From the NCBI GenBank assembly GCA_011944185.1, contig GCA_011944185.1_3921.2: a stretch of DNA of 27,455 nucleotides. One strand, written 5' to 3'. The position numbers and the translations under genes are program-made. The notes below the pieces were generated by a model. It did not search any database and was not told the origin of the DNA. It saw nothing but the letters and a program-made list of their open reading frames with translations. Shown piece by piece: positions 18,150 through 26,107 of this stretch. The stretch comes from a phage. The number at the start of each line of letters is the position of its first letter. The first letter of the stretch is position 1.

Positions 18150-19031
18150 ATGAAAACATCTATACGTGTTACAGTTCATTCACCAACTAAAGGAACTCAT
18201 GAAGAAGAGTTTAACATCATCCAATTTCCTTCTGGTGAGATTGGTGGACACTTTTCGCCAGAGTTTGTTGATTTCACTGCTTATGCAGCATCATCCATCA
18301 ACAATGTGATTATGATTGTAAAAGGTTATGATAAGGACACATTGTTTGCTGTGGCACTTGCTAAAGAAGCAATTGATGATTTAATTCCTCACGATTATGC
18401 TTTAAAGACTGTCATCTTTTACTACTTACCAAATGCACGATATGACCGTCACATGTTTAAAGGCGACGCAGCAGCTTTAAAGGTTTTTGCTAAACAGATT
18501 AATGCAATGGGGTTTGGCGCAGTCTGTGCAGTTGACCCTCACAGCTATGTACCAGATAACCTGTTTAACTGCTTCCAGAGTATTCCTCAAAAGGAAATTG
18601 CAGTCCACTATGCAAATGACCCACTGATTGATTACTTAGTAGCCCCAGATGCAGGTGCTGCTAAGAAGATTGCAGAGACTGCTAAAGAGGTGGATAAACC
18701 ATACATCACAATGTCTAAGGTGCGTAACCTTAAGACTGGTGAAATTACTGGTATGCGAATCCTTGATGATGTTGATTTGACAGATAAAACCGTTATGATT
18801 CTGGATGATATCTGTGATGGTGGTCGAACCTTCATAGAAGCAGCGAAACATCTTCGTGAAGCAGGTGCAAAACGTGTGGAACTTTATGTAACACATGGTA
18901 TCTTCTCTAAAGATGTTGAAAACCTTCTTGACAATGGTATCGACCATATTTACACTACAAACTCTTTAGGCGAAGCTAAAGACCGTGGCTTAACACATTA
19001 TGGTCAAGTTACTGTAGCGAACCTTGATTAG
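18150..19031 (+). CDS. ribose-phosphate pyrophosphokinase (Prs)-family protein; PRPP synthetase or ADPR-pyrophosphate synthetase-like
   Basis: C-terminal half aligns with E. coli Prs as I recall it: VAPDAGAAKKIAE...VMILDDICDGGRTFIEAAKHLREAGAKRVELYVTHGIFS vs VSPDIGGVVRARA...[38 protein letters not shown]; DPHS resembles the Prs DLHA motif. The PRTase loop reads DGGRT where I recall DTGGT in Prs. The ORF track starts at a TTG at 18135; I prefer the ATG at 18150 after GAGAGAG. Confidence 0.75.
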   Translation: MKTSIRVTVHSPTKGTHEEEFNIIQFPSGEIGGHFSPEFVDFTAYAASSINNVIMIVKGYDKDTLFAVALAKEAIDDLIPHDYALKTVIFYYLPNARYDRHMFKGDAAALKVFAKQINAMGFGAVCAVDPHSYVPDNLFNCFQSIPQKEIAVHYANDPLIDYLVAPDAGAAKKIAETAKEVDKPYITMSKVRNLKTGEITGMRILDDVDLTDKTVMILDDICDGGRTFIEAAKHLREAGAKRVELYVTHGIFSKDVENLLDNGIDHIYTTNSLGEAKDRGLTHYGQVTVANLD

Positions 19032-19039
19032 GTAACAGT

Positions 19040-19531
19040 ATGAATAAGGGTTATTTTGAAAAATACCTAATATATGAACCAGATACAGGTTTATTAATTT
19101 GGAGAGTAACCCTTTGCAGTACCGCTATTGCTGGTAATGTGGCTGGCACAAAGTCTAAGAAGGGTTATATCCAAGTCCAGATAAATAAGAAGAGGTACTA
19201 TGCACATAATATTGCATGGATTATGTCTGGAGGTGAGATACCAAGTGGATATGAGATAGACCACATAGACCTTGATAAAGCTAATAATAAGTTGGAGAAT
19301 TTAAGACTTAGCACAAAGTCACAAAATCAGAGGAATAGGGGTATACACAAGAATAATAAAACTGGTGTGAAGGGTGTAAGTTTTTGTAAACAAACAGGTC
19401 TTTACAAAGCAAGAGTCATGCTTTACCATAAAGAATACTTTTGTGGAAGATTTAAAACGGTAGAAGAAGCAAAAGAAGCTGTAATTAAAAAGCGAATAGA
19501 ACTTCATGGTGAGTTTGCAAGACATAACTAA
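19040..19531 (+). CDS. free-standing HNH homing endonuclease with AP2-type DNA-binding domain
   Basis: YAHNIAWIMSGGEIPSGYEIDHIDLDKANNKLENLRL matches the HNH_3 pattern; C-terminal KTGVKGVSFCKQTGLYKARV...FKTVEEAKEA resembles an AP2 domain. Inserted between two functionally linked genes (Prs-like and Nampt-like). Confidence 0.75.
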   Translation: MNKGYFEKYLIYEPDTGLLIWRVTLCSTAIAGNVAGTKSKKGYIQVQINKKRYYAHNIAWIMSGGEIPSGYEIDHIDLDKANNKLENLRLSTKSQNQRNRGIHKNNKTGVKGVSFCKQTGLYKARVMLYHKEYFCGRFKTVEEAKEAVIKKRIELHGEFARHN

Positions 19532-19545
19532 GAGAGAGATAAAAT

Positions 19546-21327
19546 ATGAGTAAGTCACTTTACGCAGTACCAGCAGGTCTTAATGCAGATGCTTACAAGG
19601 CATCACATATATATCAGTATCCAGATGCTACGCAATATCTTATGTTAAACCTGACACCACGTAGTGATAAATGGTTTAACAGCCCTTTAGCAATTGACGG
19701 TGTAGTGGCTTTTGGTATTCAACGTTTTGTTAAAGATTACTTGATAGACCACTGGAACGCCACCTTCTTTGAACGTGACAAAAAAGAAGCAATTGACGAA
19801 ATCTTAGAAGTCATGAACGGTGTTCTGGGTAAAGATGCTATCGGTAGAGAACATTGGGAAGCACTTCACGACTTAGGCTATCTACCAGTTGAAGTATACG
19901 CTGTAGAAGAAGGCACAGTTGTTCCTATGCGTGTACCAATGATTGTCTTCCAGAACACTGTTTCAGGTTTCCATTGGGTAGCTGGGTATCTGGAAGATGC
20001 TTTCTCTGCTGAGATTTGGAAGGCTTGTACCATTGCAACTATTGCATTGCACTACAAACGTATCTGTAAGAAGTGGTCTGACCTTACTTGTGACAACGAC
20101 TTGCATTTGCCTTATCAGTGCCATGACTTTGCTATGCGTGGTATGTCCGGCTTTACTGATGACGCATTTAACGCTGTAGGCCACTTAACCAGCTTTAAAG
20201 GAACTGATAGCTTCCCTGCTGTATATACAGCTAAACGCATCTATGGACAGTCCTACCCAATCTCTGATATTGGTAGCTCTGTACCAGCCACTGAACACTC
20301 TGTGATGTGTGCAAACATTGCTTGGGAAGGTGGTAATGAGTTGGTTGAAGAAGAAAGACGCTTTAAAGGTGAGTTGCAAACCTTCCGTCGCTTCTTAACA
20401 GAAACTTATCCAACTGGTATTGCAAGTGTTGTTTCAGACACTTATAACTTCTGGAGAACTGTGTCAGAAATCTTACCAGCACTCCGTAAAGAAATTATGG
20501 AACGTGATGGCAAACTGGTAATTCGTCCTGACTCTGGAGACCCTGTACACATTGTCACAGGTTATAAAGCAATCCACTTAGAGTGTGCTAAAAAGGCTTA
20601 TTATGAGCACCTAAGCAATCTGGAAGCCAGTGACACAATGCTGAATGCTGTTCTGAACATGAAGCTTGAAAACATCAGCTATGGTATTGCTGGATGGCTA
20701 CTGTCAGAAGGCTACGAAATGGTTGTTGACAGAGAAGACTTTGAAGTTGCTGATACAGTGATGTTGAAGAACGCTTATATGGTTGGTTCTGCAAACGTTG
20801 TAACACGCCCTGTAGCAGAGATTGATGGAGCTATTAAGACCTTGTATAACATCTTTGGAGGAACTATTAACTCTAAAGGTTTTAAGGTACTGGATGAGCA
20901 CATTGGCCTTATCTATGGCGACTCTATCACGTTGGAACGTGCAAACGAAATCCTGAAGCGTCTGTATGAAATGGGGTTTGCAAGCTCTAACGTGGTGTTT
21001 GGTGTAGGCTCTTACACTTACCAGTACATGACTCGTGACACCTTTGCATTTGCTGTCAAAGCAACTCTTGCAAGCATTGGTGGCAAAGAGATTATGCTTG
21101 CAAAAGACCCTAAAACAGATAGTGGTGTTAAGAAATCTGCCTTTGGTGGTGTAGCACCTATGTGGGATGGTGAGAATTTGAAAGCTGTAGATGGCTATGG
21201 ATTCCAGAGCTTTGCAGATGCACTTGAACATCCAGCTTGTGCTTTACGTTTAGTCTTTAGCGACTCTGAGCAGTACGGTTACACAACTCTTGGTGATATT
21301 CGAAATAATATTGACAATCAGCTTTAA
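19546..21327 (+). CDS. nicotinamide phosphoribosyltransferase (Nampt/NadV)-family protein; possibly nicotinamide ADPR-transferase-like
   Basis: N-terminal LNADAYKASHIYQYPD fits the (D)xYKxxH signature of the Nampt/NAPRTase family; 593 aa; AGAGAGAG RBS; followed by a terminator. Catalytic residues not individually verified. Confidence 0.7.
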   Translation: MSKSLYAVPAGLNADAYKASHIYQYPDATQYLMLNLTPRSDKWFNSPLAIDGVVAFGIQRFVKDYLIDHWNATFFERDKKEAIDEILEVMNGVLGKDAIGREHWEALHDLGYLPVEVYAVEEGTVVPMRVPMIVFQNTVSGFHWVAGYLEDAFSAEIWKACTIATIALHYKRICKKWSDLTCDNDLHLPYQCHDFAMRGMSGFTDDAFNAVGHLTSFKGTDSFPAVYTAKRIYGQSYPISDIGSSVPATEHSVMCANIAWEGGNELVEEERRFKGELQTFRRFLTETYPTGIASVVSDTYNFWRTVSEILPALRKEIMERDGKLVIRPDSGDPVHIVTGYKAIHLECAKKAYYEHLSNLEASDTMLNAVLNMKLENISYGIAGWLLSEGYEMVVDREDFEVADTVMLKNAYMVGSANVVTRPVAEIDGAIKTLYNIFGGTINSKGFKVLDEHIGLIYGDSITLERANEILKRLYEMGFASSNVVFGVGSYTYQYMTRDTFAFAVKATLASIGGKEIMLAKDPKTDSGVKKSAFGGVAPMWDGENLKAVDGYGFQSFADALEHPACALRLVFSDSEQYGYTTLGDIRNNIDNQL

Positions 21328-21341
21328 AAGTATATGATAAG

Positions 21342-21364
21342 AGGCTCCTACGGGAGCCTTTTTA
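21342..21364 (+). terminator. Rho-independent terminator (TACG loop)
   Basis: Perfect AGGCTCC-TACG-GGAGCCT hairpin followed by TTTT. Confidence 0.65.
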
Positions 21365-21380
21365 ATTTCTGGAGAAGATT

Positions 21381-21716
21381 ATGAAAATCAAAGAGATGAA
21401 CATCAACATTGTCTTAGAAGAACGTTGGGAGAATATTAAGAAACCTGAAGATGGTAAAAAGTTCCTTAACAAAATTTTAGTAGCAGCTAAAGAAGAACTG
21501 ACTGGCAAGATTGCAGCAGCAGTCACAATAAAAGTTTGTGTAAAAGGTCTTCCAGACAACCACCAATTTGCGCTTGACGAGTTTAAAAAAAGCTTCTACA
21601 ATCCAAACAAACAGATGCTTGAAAGTAACTTTGCAGTATCTACAAGTATCGTCCATGACAGAAGCTTTATCCTTTACAAAAATATGAGAGGTGAGTCATG
21701 CAAGCATATTGGATAG
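21381..21716 (+). CDS. hypothetical protein
   Basis: 111-aa ORF; GGAGAAG RBS. No motif recognised. Confidence 0.5.
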   Translation: MKIKEMNINIVLEERWENIKKPEDGKKFLNKILVAAKEELTGKIAAAVTIKVCVKGLPDNHQFALDEFKKSFYNPNKQMLESNFAVSTSIVHDRSFILYKNMRGESCKHIG

Positions 21717-21874
21717 AAATTTTACTGTCACTTGGCAGCGTAGCAGTATTTGTTTACCTTCTTTGCAAGTACTATGCAGAGTACAAGAAGTGTGATTACT
21801 GCAATGGGGAAGGGTATACAAGAGCAGGTTGTTGCCCTATGTGTGGTGGTTCTGGTAAAATGTTTAATAAGTAA
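21698..21874 (+). CDS. small membrane-anchored protein with tandem DnaJ-type CxxCxGxG zinc-finger motifs
   Basis: 58-aa ORF absent from the supplied track: hydrophobic N-terminus (WIEILLSLGSVAVFVYLL) then CDYCNGEG...CPMCGGSG, two CxxCxGxG repeats. AGGTGA 5 nt before the ATG; overlaps the upstream gene end. Confidence 0.45.
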   Translation: MQAYWIEILLSLGSVAVFVYLLCKYYAEYKKCDYCNGEGYTRAGCCPMCGGSGKMFNK

Positions 21875-21902
21875 TTTAACAGTAAACTAAGAGGAAAGTA
21901 TT

Positions 21903-24269
21903 ATGCGCATGGTAAATGACCACGCAGAAGTGATTAAGAGTTCAACTTCTTTAGAGACGTCTCAAGCACAGATTACAATGACACCTGAGATGTTCAGCCT
22001 TTTGAGTTCTGGTGTGTATACCTTTAAAGAAAGGGCAGTGATTCGTGAACTGTCATGTAACGCAGTAGATGCTCAGAAAGAAGCTGGAAAAGAGAACATT
22101 CCATTCCATGTGCATTTACCTACTCGTTTTGAGCCTTACTTCGAAGTTCGTGATTTTGGAACTGGATTGACTCATGATAAAGTTATGAGTTTGTACCTAA
22201 ACTATGGAGCTTCTACGAAGAATGACTCTAATGACTACATTGGTGCAATGGGTATCGGCTCAAAGTCACCATTTGCAATTGCTCAGTCATTCACAGTATC
22301 TAGCTATGTTGACGGTGTTGTTAATAAGTACTCTGTTTATCTTGAGAATGGTATCCCTCAAGTAACTAAGCTGACAACTAACCCAACAAAAGAACCTAAT
22401 GGTTTAGCTGTACGTGTGGCAGTTGCTGACCACCGTATCTCAAAGTTCTTTGAAGAAGCTGGGAATGTGTACTCATACTTCACTGTAAAACCAGAAAGTA
22501 ATATTGAGTACGACGATATATTAGCAGATATGAACGTCATTGCCCGTGAAGAAGGTGTTTATGATGCCATGATTCATAAGCAAAGCTGGCGTTCTGGCGC
22601 TAACAGAACAGAGTTTAATGTGGTGATGGGTAACATTGCCTACCCTGTTAACATGGAAGCATTACTTGGAGATGATTTCTTCAAAGTATTGCCAGAATTT
22701 TTCCGTAGGAGCGTAGACCTTGTAAACATCTACATGCCTATTGGTTCAGTTGCTATTGCAGCTTCTCGTGAAGCATTGCAGATGAATGACACGACAAAAA
22801 ATGTTATCATTGAGGCTACTAAAAAGATAACTGAAGCCATTACAAAGGATGTTATCAAGAAAGTTAATAGCCAACCTACACTCATGGATGCTGCACAGGC
22901 TTATGCTGAGTTACGTTTGAACTCACGAGAGATGTTTAATGCTGTGTGTCCAAAGCTAGAGTGGGGAGGCGTTAAGCTTGATTCTCTGGAAGAAGAATTA
23001 CTAAACATTCGTCGTGGGATTATCTACGCAGAAGACGGCTCAGTCATTTATGAACGTGACGGTAAAGGTAATATTAAGGTTGATAGGAACGGAAACAACA
23101 TCCCTAAAGTAGATTTTCTTTATGACCCAGTTGCTTATGTCAAGTTCAACTCTTTAGAGAGTAAGATTCGTGCAACAGCACTTTCCTACACTCAAGAGGC
23201 AAGTATGTTCAATATCTTTGGTGCAATGCGTAAAAGCCAAATTGAACAGTTTTTGTTCGTGATTAATGACCGTCGCAATAAAAATGGTACTGAGAAGACT
23301 GTAGGACGAAATCAAATCTTGCGTGGTGCATGTCGAGACTACGCTAACGAGTCAGGCCTGTTCCACAGATACAATGGCATTGTGTTTGTATTCTCGACTG
23401 AAAAAGAGTTAGACGACCTAATCAACCTACACAAACTTGATAAAAGCTTGTTAAAGATTGTGAAGATGTCTGATAAGGAACATCACTATCAGCGTAAAGA
23501 AGCTGTAAGAGGTGTTGTAAAACTCTGGAAAGCTGTTCCAGCAGAAGGTGTAGCTTCCTATAAAGAGGTTTCAGAGGACTTTGATACAATTGAAGAACCT
23601 CAGCTTTACATTAAGGCAGTTGGTGACACAGTTGATGGTAGATGTTTTTGCTCATCTCCAGAAGATGTAGCTAAGTCAGTTGCTAATGTTACAGGTAAGA
23701 CAGTCTATGTTTTCCGAAAAGCAAATTGGAAAAAGATACCAGAAGACTGGATTGAAGTAGATGAGCAACTCTTGAACGATAGCTTAACTGATGTTCACTG
23801 GATTAATCATAACAGGTATATGACACGCATCTACATGAATGGTGTTCTTGACCTTACAAGCAGTTGGATTATTGCCAGAAACTTTACATTCAATAACAGG
23901 AAGATTTCTCGTGGCTATTGCTATTCACGAGATACTAGCAAAACTATCTTCCTAGAAGGTAATGAAGAGGCTGTAGAGGCTATGTTCGGTAAAATCCAAT
24001 ACGTTGCTGCACCATTTGCATACACTTATACTATTAGTAGATTGCAAACTTTGAAAGAATGCCTTGACAATGACACAAAACTGTACAAAAAGATTAAAAA
24101 AGCAGGTGACCGCATGGTTATCAAGCTGACAAACTATCTTTCAAAAAGAAAACAAGAAAACTTCTTGCTTTCACACTTAGATTGGAATAAAGTATCACCT
24201 ATCGAAGTGAGTAAGTTTTTAGGCTTTAATGTGAAATGTGTTCCAGAAGGTACAACAATTTACGATTAA
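21903..24269 (+). CDS. rIIA: rIIA-like protein (GHKL/HATPase_c-type ATPase domain at N-terminus)
   Basis: GHKL motifs: IRELSCNAVDA (N box), VRDFGTGL (DxGxG), IGAMGIGSKSPFAIA (G box). Segments FSLLSSGVYTFKERAVIRELSCNAVDAQ, NDYIGAMGIGSKSPF and PIGSVAIAASREALQMNDTTKNVI match my recollection of T4 rIIA; 788 aa. Confidence 0.75.
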   Translation: MRMVNDHAEVIKSSTSLETSQAQITMTPEMFSLLSSGVYTFKERAVIRELSCNAVDAQKEAGKENIPFHVHLPTRFEPYFEVRDFGTGLTHDKVMSLYLNYGASTKNDSNDYIGAMGIGSKSPFAIAQSFTVSSYVDGVVNKYSVYLENGIPQVTKLTTNPTKEPNGLAVRVAVADHRISKFFEEAGNVYSYFTVKPESNIEYDDILADMNVIAREEGVYDAMIHKQSWRSGANRTEFNVVMGNIAYPVNMEALLGDDFFKVLPEFFRRSVDLVNIYMPIGSVAIAASREALQMNDTTKNVIIEATKKITEAITKDVIKKVNSQPTLMDAAQAYAELRLNSREMFNAVCPKLEWGGVKLDSLEEELLNIRRGIIYAEDGSVIYERDGKGNIKVDRNGNNIPKVDFLYDPVAYVKFNSLESKIRATALSYTQEASMFNIFGAMRKSQIEQFLFVINDRRNKNGTEKTVGRNQILRGACRDYANESGLFHRYNGIVFVFSTEKELDDLINLHKLDKSLLKIVKMSDKEHHYQRKEAVRGVVKLWKAVPAEGVASYKEVSEDFDTIEEPQLYIKAVGDTVDGRCFCSSPEDVAKSVANVTGKTVYVFRKANWKKIPEDWIEVDEQLLNDSLTDVHWINHNRYMTRIYMNGVLDLTSSWIIARNFTFNNRKISRGYCYSRDTSKTIFLEGNEEAVEAMFGKIQYVAAPFAYTYTISRLQTLKECLDNDTKLYKKIKKAGDRMVIKLTNYLSKRKQENFLLSHLDWNKVSPIEVSKFLGFNVKCVPEGTTIYD

Positions 24270-24274
24270 AGTGT

Positions 24275-24304
24275 TTGACAAGGGGCTTTGAAGCCCCTTA
24301 GAAT
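24275..24304 (+). promoter_or_regulatory. sigma70-like promoter P3 (TTGACA-N18-TAGAAT) with a perfect hairpin in the spacer
   Basis: TTGACA at 24275-24280 and TAGAAT at 24299-24304; the whole 18-nt spacer is the palindrome AGGGGCT-TTGA-AGCCCCT (24281-24298). Same GTTTGACAA context as P1 and P2. Lies between rIIA and rIIB. Confidence 0.5.
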
Positions 24305-24348
24305 AGCCTCACAAATTGATTGATTAACTAACAAGAGAGAGTAATAAG

Positions 24349-25458
24349 ATGACTACTAAAACTAAAGCACAGATTGACGCAGAAATTTACAAACTGGTTA
24401 AAGAAGGTAAGCTGACCAAAACAGCTATTGCACAGAAATTTAACACTTCAACCCGTTCAGTTGGTCGTGCTGTAGAGCGTCATGAAGCAACCCTAAAAGG
24501 GAATAAAAAGGCAACTTCTGCACCAGCTACGAAGACTTTGAAACAAGTTGCTAAGACTTTTAAAAAGAAAGCTGGCAAACCAGTTGAAAAGGTCGTTAAA
24601 GAGACTGTACAGAAAGCTCCAGTAAATAAACTGCACGAAGCTATGCAGAAAGATGACAAAATTGAGTACATGATTACTGGTGACTCTGTAATTATGACTT
24701 ATGGTTCAGAATCTGAAATTGTTGAGTCTACTCATCCAAACTATCAAGAGATTGTAGTTCATGTTGTGAAAGGTGAGTTCAAGAAAGCATTTGAACTGAT
24801 GAACATCCGTAAGTCTATCGAAAACTTCACTCAGGGTGCTATTACAATCAAAGGTGACAAGCTATTCTACGGTGCTGTTGAGATGCGTTCTACTCTGGTT
24901 GACCGTATTCTCCACATGATGAAGACTGGTGATAAAGGTTTTGAACGACTTGTAATGTTCTTCGAAAAACTGATGGAAAACCCATCTAAAGATTCTGTAG
25001 AACAACTTTGGGGATTTGTATCTCACCTTGATGTTGAAATTGATGAAGAAGGCTACATCATTGGTTGGAAGAAAGTCTCTACTCGTGAAGGCAAGCTGGT
25101 TGACTCTCACACCTACAAAGTGCCTAATGATTTGGGTAACATTGTAGAAATGCCACGTTGGATGGTTGATAATAACCGTAACGTAACTTGCTCTCAAGGT
25201 CTTCATGTTGGTGCTTGGGATTATGTTCGTTGCTTCTCAGGTGATACAATCCTGAAGGTTCGCGTACATCCACGAGATGTTGTATCTGTTCCAACTGATT
25301 ACAACGATATGAAGATGCGTTCCTCTCGTTATGAAGTTGCAGCAATCGTTGATAATCAACGTAAAGTGCTGGAAGCATGGGACGGTAAGACTGAAGCTTT
25401 GCATGTCATCGTTGGCACTGCTGGTGAACTCATCTCTCAACGTAAACGTGAAATCTAA
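24349..25458 (+). CDS. rIIB: rIIB-like protein
   Basis: Segments ITIKGDKLFYGAVEMRSTLVDRILHMM, FFEKLMENPSKDSVEQLW and VRVHPRDVVSVPTDYNDMKMRSSRYEV match my recollection of T4 rIIB (VRIEGGSLFYQNIELRSGLVDRILDSM; VKVHPRDVVSIPIDYNDAKMRTCQYEV); immediately downstream of rIIA; AGAGAGAG RBS. Confidence 0.75.
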   Translation: MTTKTKAQIDAEIYKLVKEGKLTKTAIAQKFNTSTRSVGRAVERHEATLKGNKKATSAPATKTLKQVAKTFKKKAGKPVEKVVKETVQKAPVNKLHEAMQKDDKIEYMITGDSVIMTYGSESEIVESTHPNYQEIVVHVVKGEFKKAFELMNIRKSIENFTQGAITIKGDKLFYGAVEMRSTLVDRILHMMKTGDKGFERLVMFFEKLMENPSKDSVEQLWGFVSHLDVEIDEEGYIIGWKKVSTREGKLVDSHTYKVPNDLGNIVEMPRWMVDNNRNVTCSQGLHVGAWDYVRCFSGDTILKVRVHPRDVVSVPTDYNDMKMRSSRYEVAAIVDNQRKVLEAWDGKTEALHVIVGTAGELISQRKREI

Positions 25459-25474
25459 TAAGTAATTTCTTAAA

Positions 25475-25500
25475 AGGCTGCTTCGGCGGCCTTTTTTATT
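25475..25500 (+). terminator. Rho-independent terminator (TTCG tetraloop)
   Basis: AGGCTGC-TTCG-GCGGCCT hairpin (one U-G wobble) followed by TTTTTT. Confidence 0.6.
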
Positions 25501-25527
25501 TGTATTTTGTGCAGAGTGCTGTATAAT
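25500..25527 (+). promoter_or_regulatory. candidate promoter (TTGTAT-N16-TATAAT)
   Basis: Perfect -10 TATAAT at 25522-25527 with a weak -35-like TTGTAT 16 nt upstream; about 30 nt before the ATG at 25559. Confidence 0.35.
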
Positions 25528-25558
25528 TGTTGTCACGATAAACTAAACAGGAGAACCA

Positions 25559-26107
25559 ATGAAGAAATTGATTCTAGGCTTGTGCTTAATGTTTACAGCA
25601 CACTTATCTTATGCAGTTGACTGCCCAGAGCTATCAATTAGCCAAAAAGTAAACATGTTAAAAGCTTACCAGTATGGTGAGAATAATATGGGGAAAGGCT
25701 GGGGTATTACTCTAGCAGCTATAGCCTTACAAGAGTCAGAGTTAGGTCTGAAGGTAGAGAATAAAAAGACCCACGACTATGGTATTTTCCAGAATCACTT
25801 GAAGACTGTTGTAAAGCGTAACAAAATTAGTCCTAATGTGGCTAAAAAGAAACTCTTAAAAGATTTTGACTATGCAGCAAAAGAGACGCATAAAGAGCTT
25901 GAGTTTTGGACTAAGGTACATGGTCACCCGAAGTCAAAGAAGACTTTACAAAAAGTTTTAGCATCGTATAATGCTGGGTATTCGTACAAAATCCCTAAAG
26001 CTAAGAAATACTCTCAAGATGTCTATAACAATATGAAAGTTATTGCTCAATGTGAATTTGCAACAAACATTTCTAAGGTAAATCATGAAAAAATTAAGAA
26101 AGTCTGA
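25559..26107 (+). CDS. secreted lysozyme-like / lytic transglycosylase (SLT)-domain protein
   Basis: N-terminal signal-peptide-like segment MKKLILGLCLMFTAHLSYA; LQESELG...HDYGIFQ resembles the catalytic Glu and G(L/I)xQ region of the lysozyme-like fold; later ASYNAGYSY resembles the AYNAG motif of SLT domains. AGGAGAA RBS. Confidence 0.5.
   Translation: MKKLILGLCLMFTAHLSYAVDCPELSISQKVNMLKAYQYGENNMGKGWGITLAAIALQESELGLKVENKKTHDYGIFQNHLKTVVKRNKISPNVAKKKLLKDFDYAAKETHKELEFWTKVHGHPKSKKTLQKVLASYNAGYSYKIPKAKKYSQDVYNNMKVIAQCEFATNISKVNHEKIKKV

Noticed and set aside
21310-21340. TTGACA hexamer at the 3' end of the Nampt-like gene as a promoter
   Set aside because: No acceptable -10 element at 16-18 nt spacing, and it lies inside coding sequence immediately before a terminator; treated as chance occurrence. 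Other in-gene TTGACA hexamers (2555, 8494, 15598, 17789) were rejected for the same reason.
702-25536. All minus-strand ORFs in the track (for example 5087-5458, 18636-18947, 20704-21231, 24862-25206, 25237-25536)
   Set aside because: Each is embedded antisense within a longer, motif-supported plus-strand gene, lacks a convincing RBS and has no recognisable domain. They are consistent with chance open frames in AT-rich antisense sequence.
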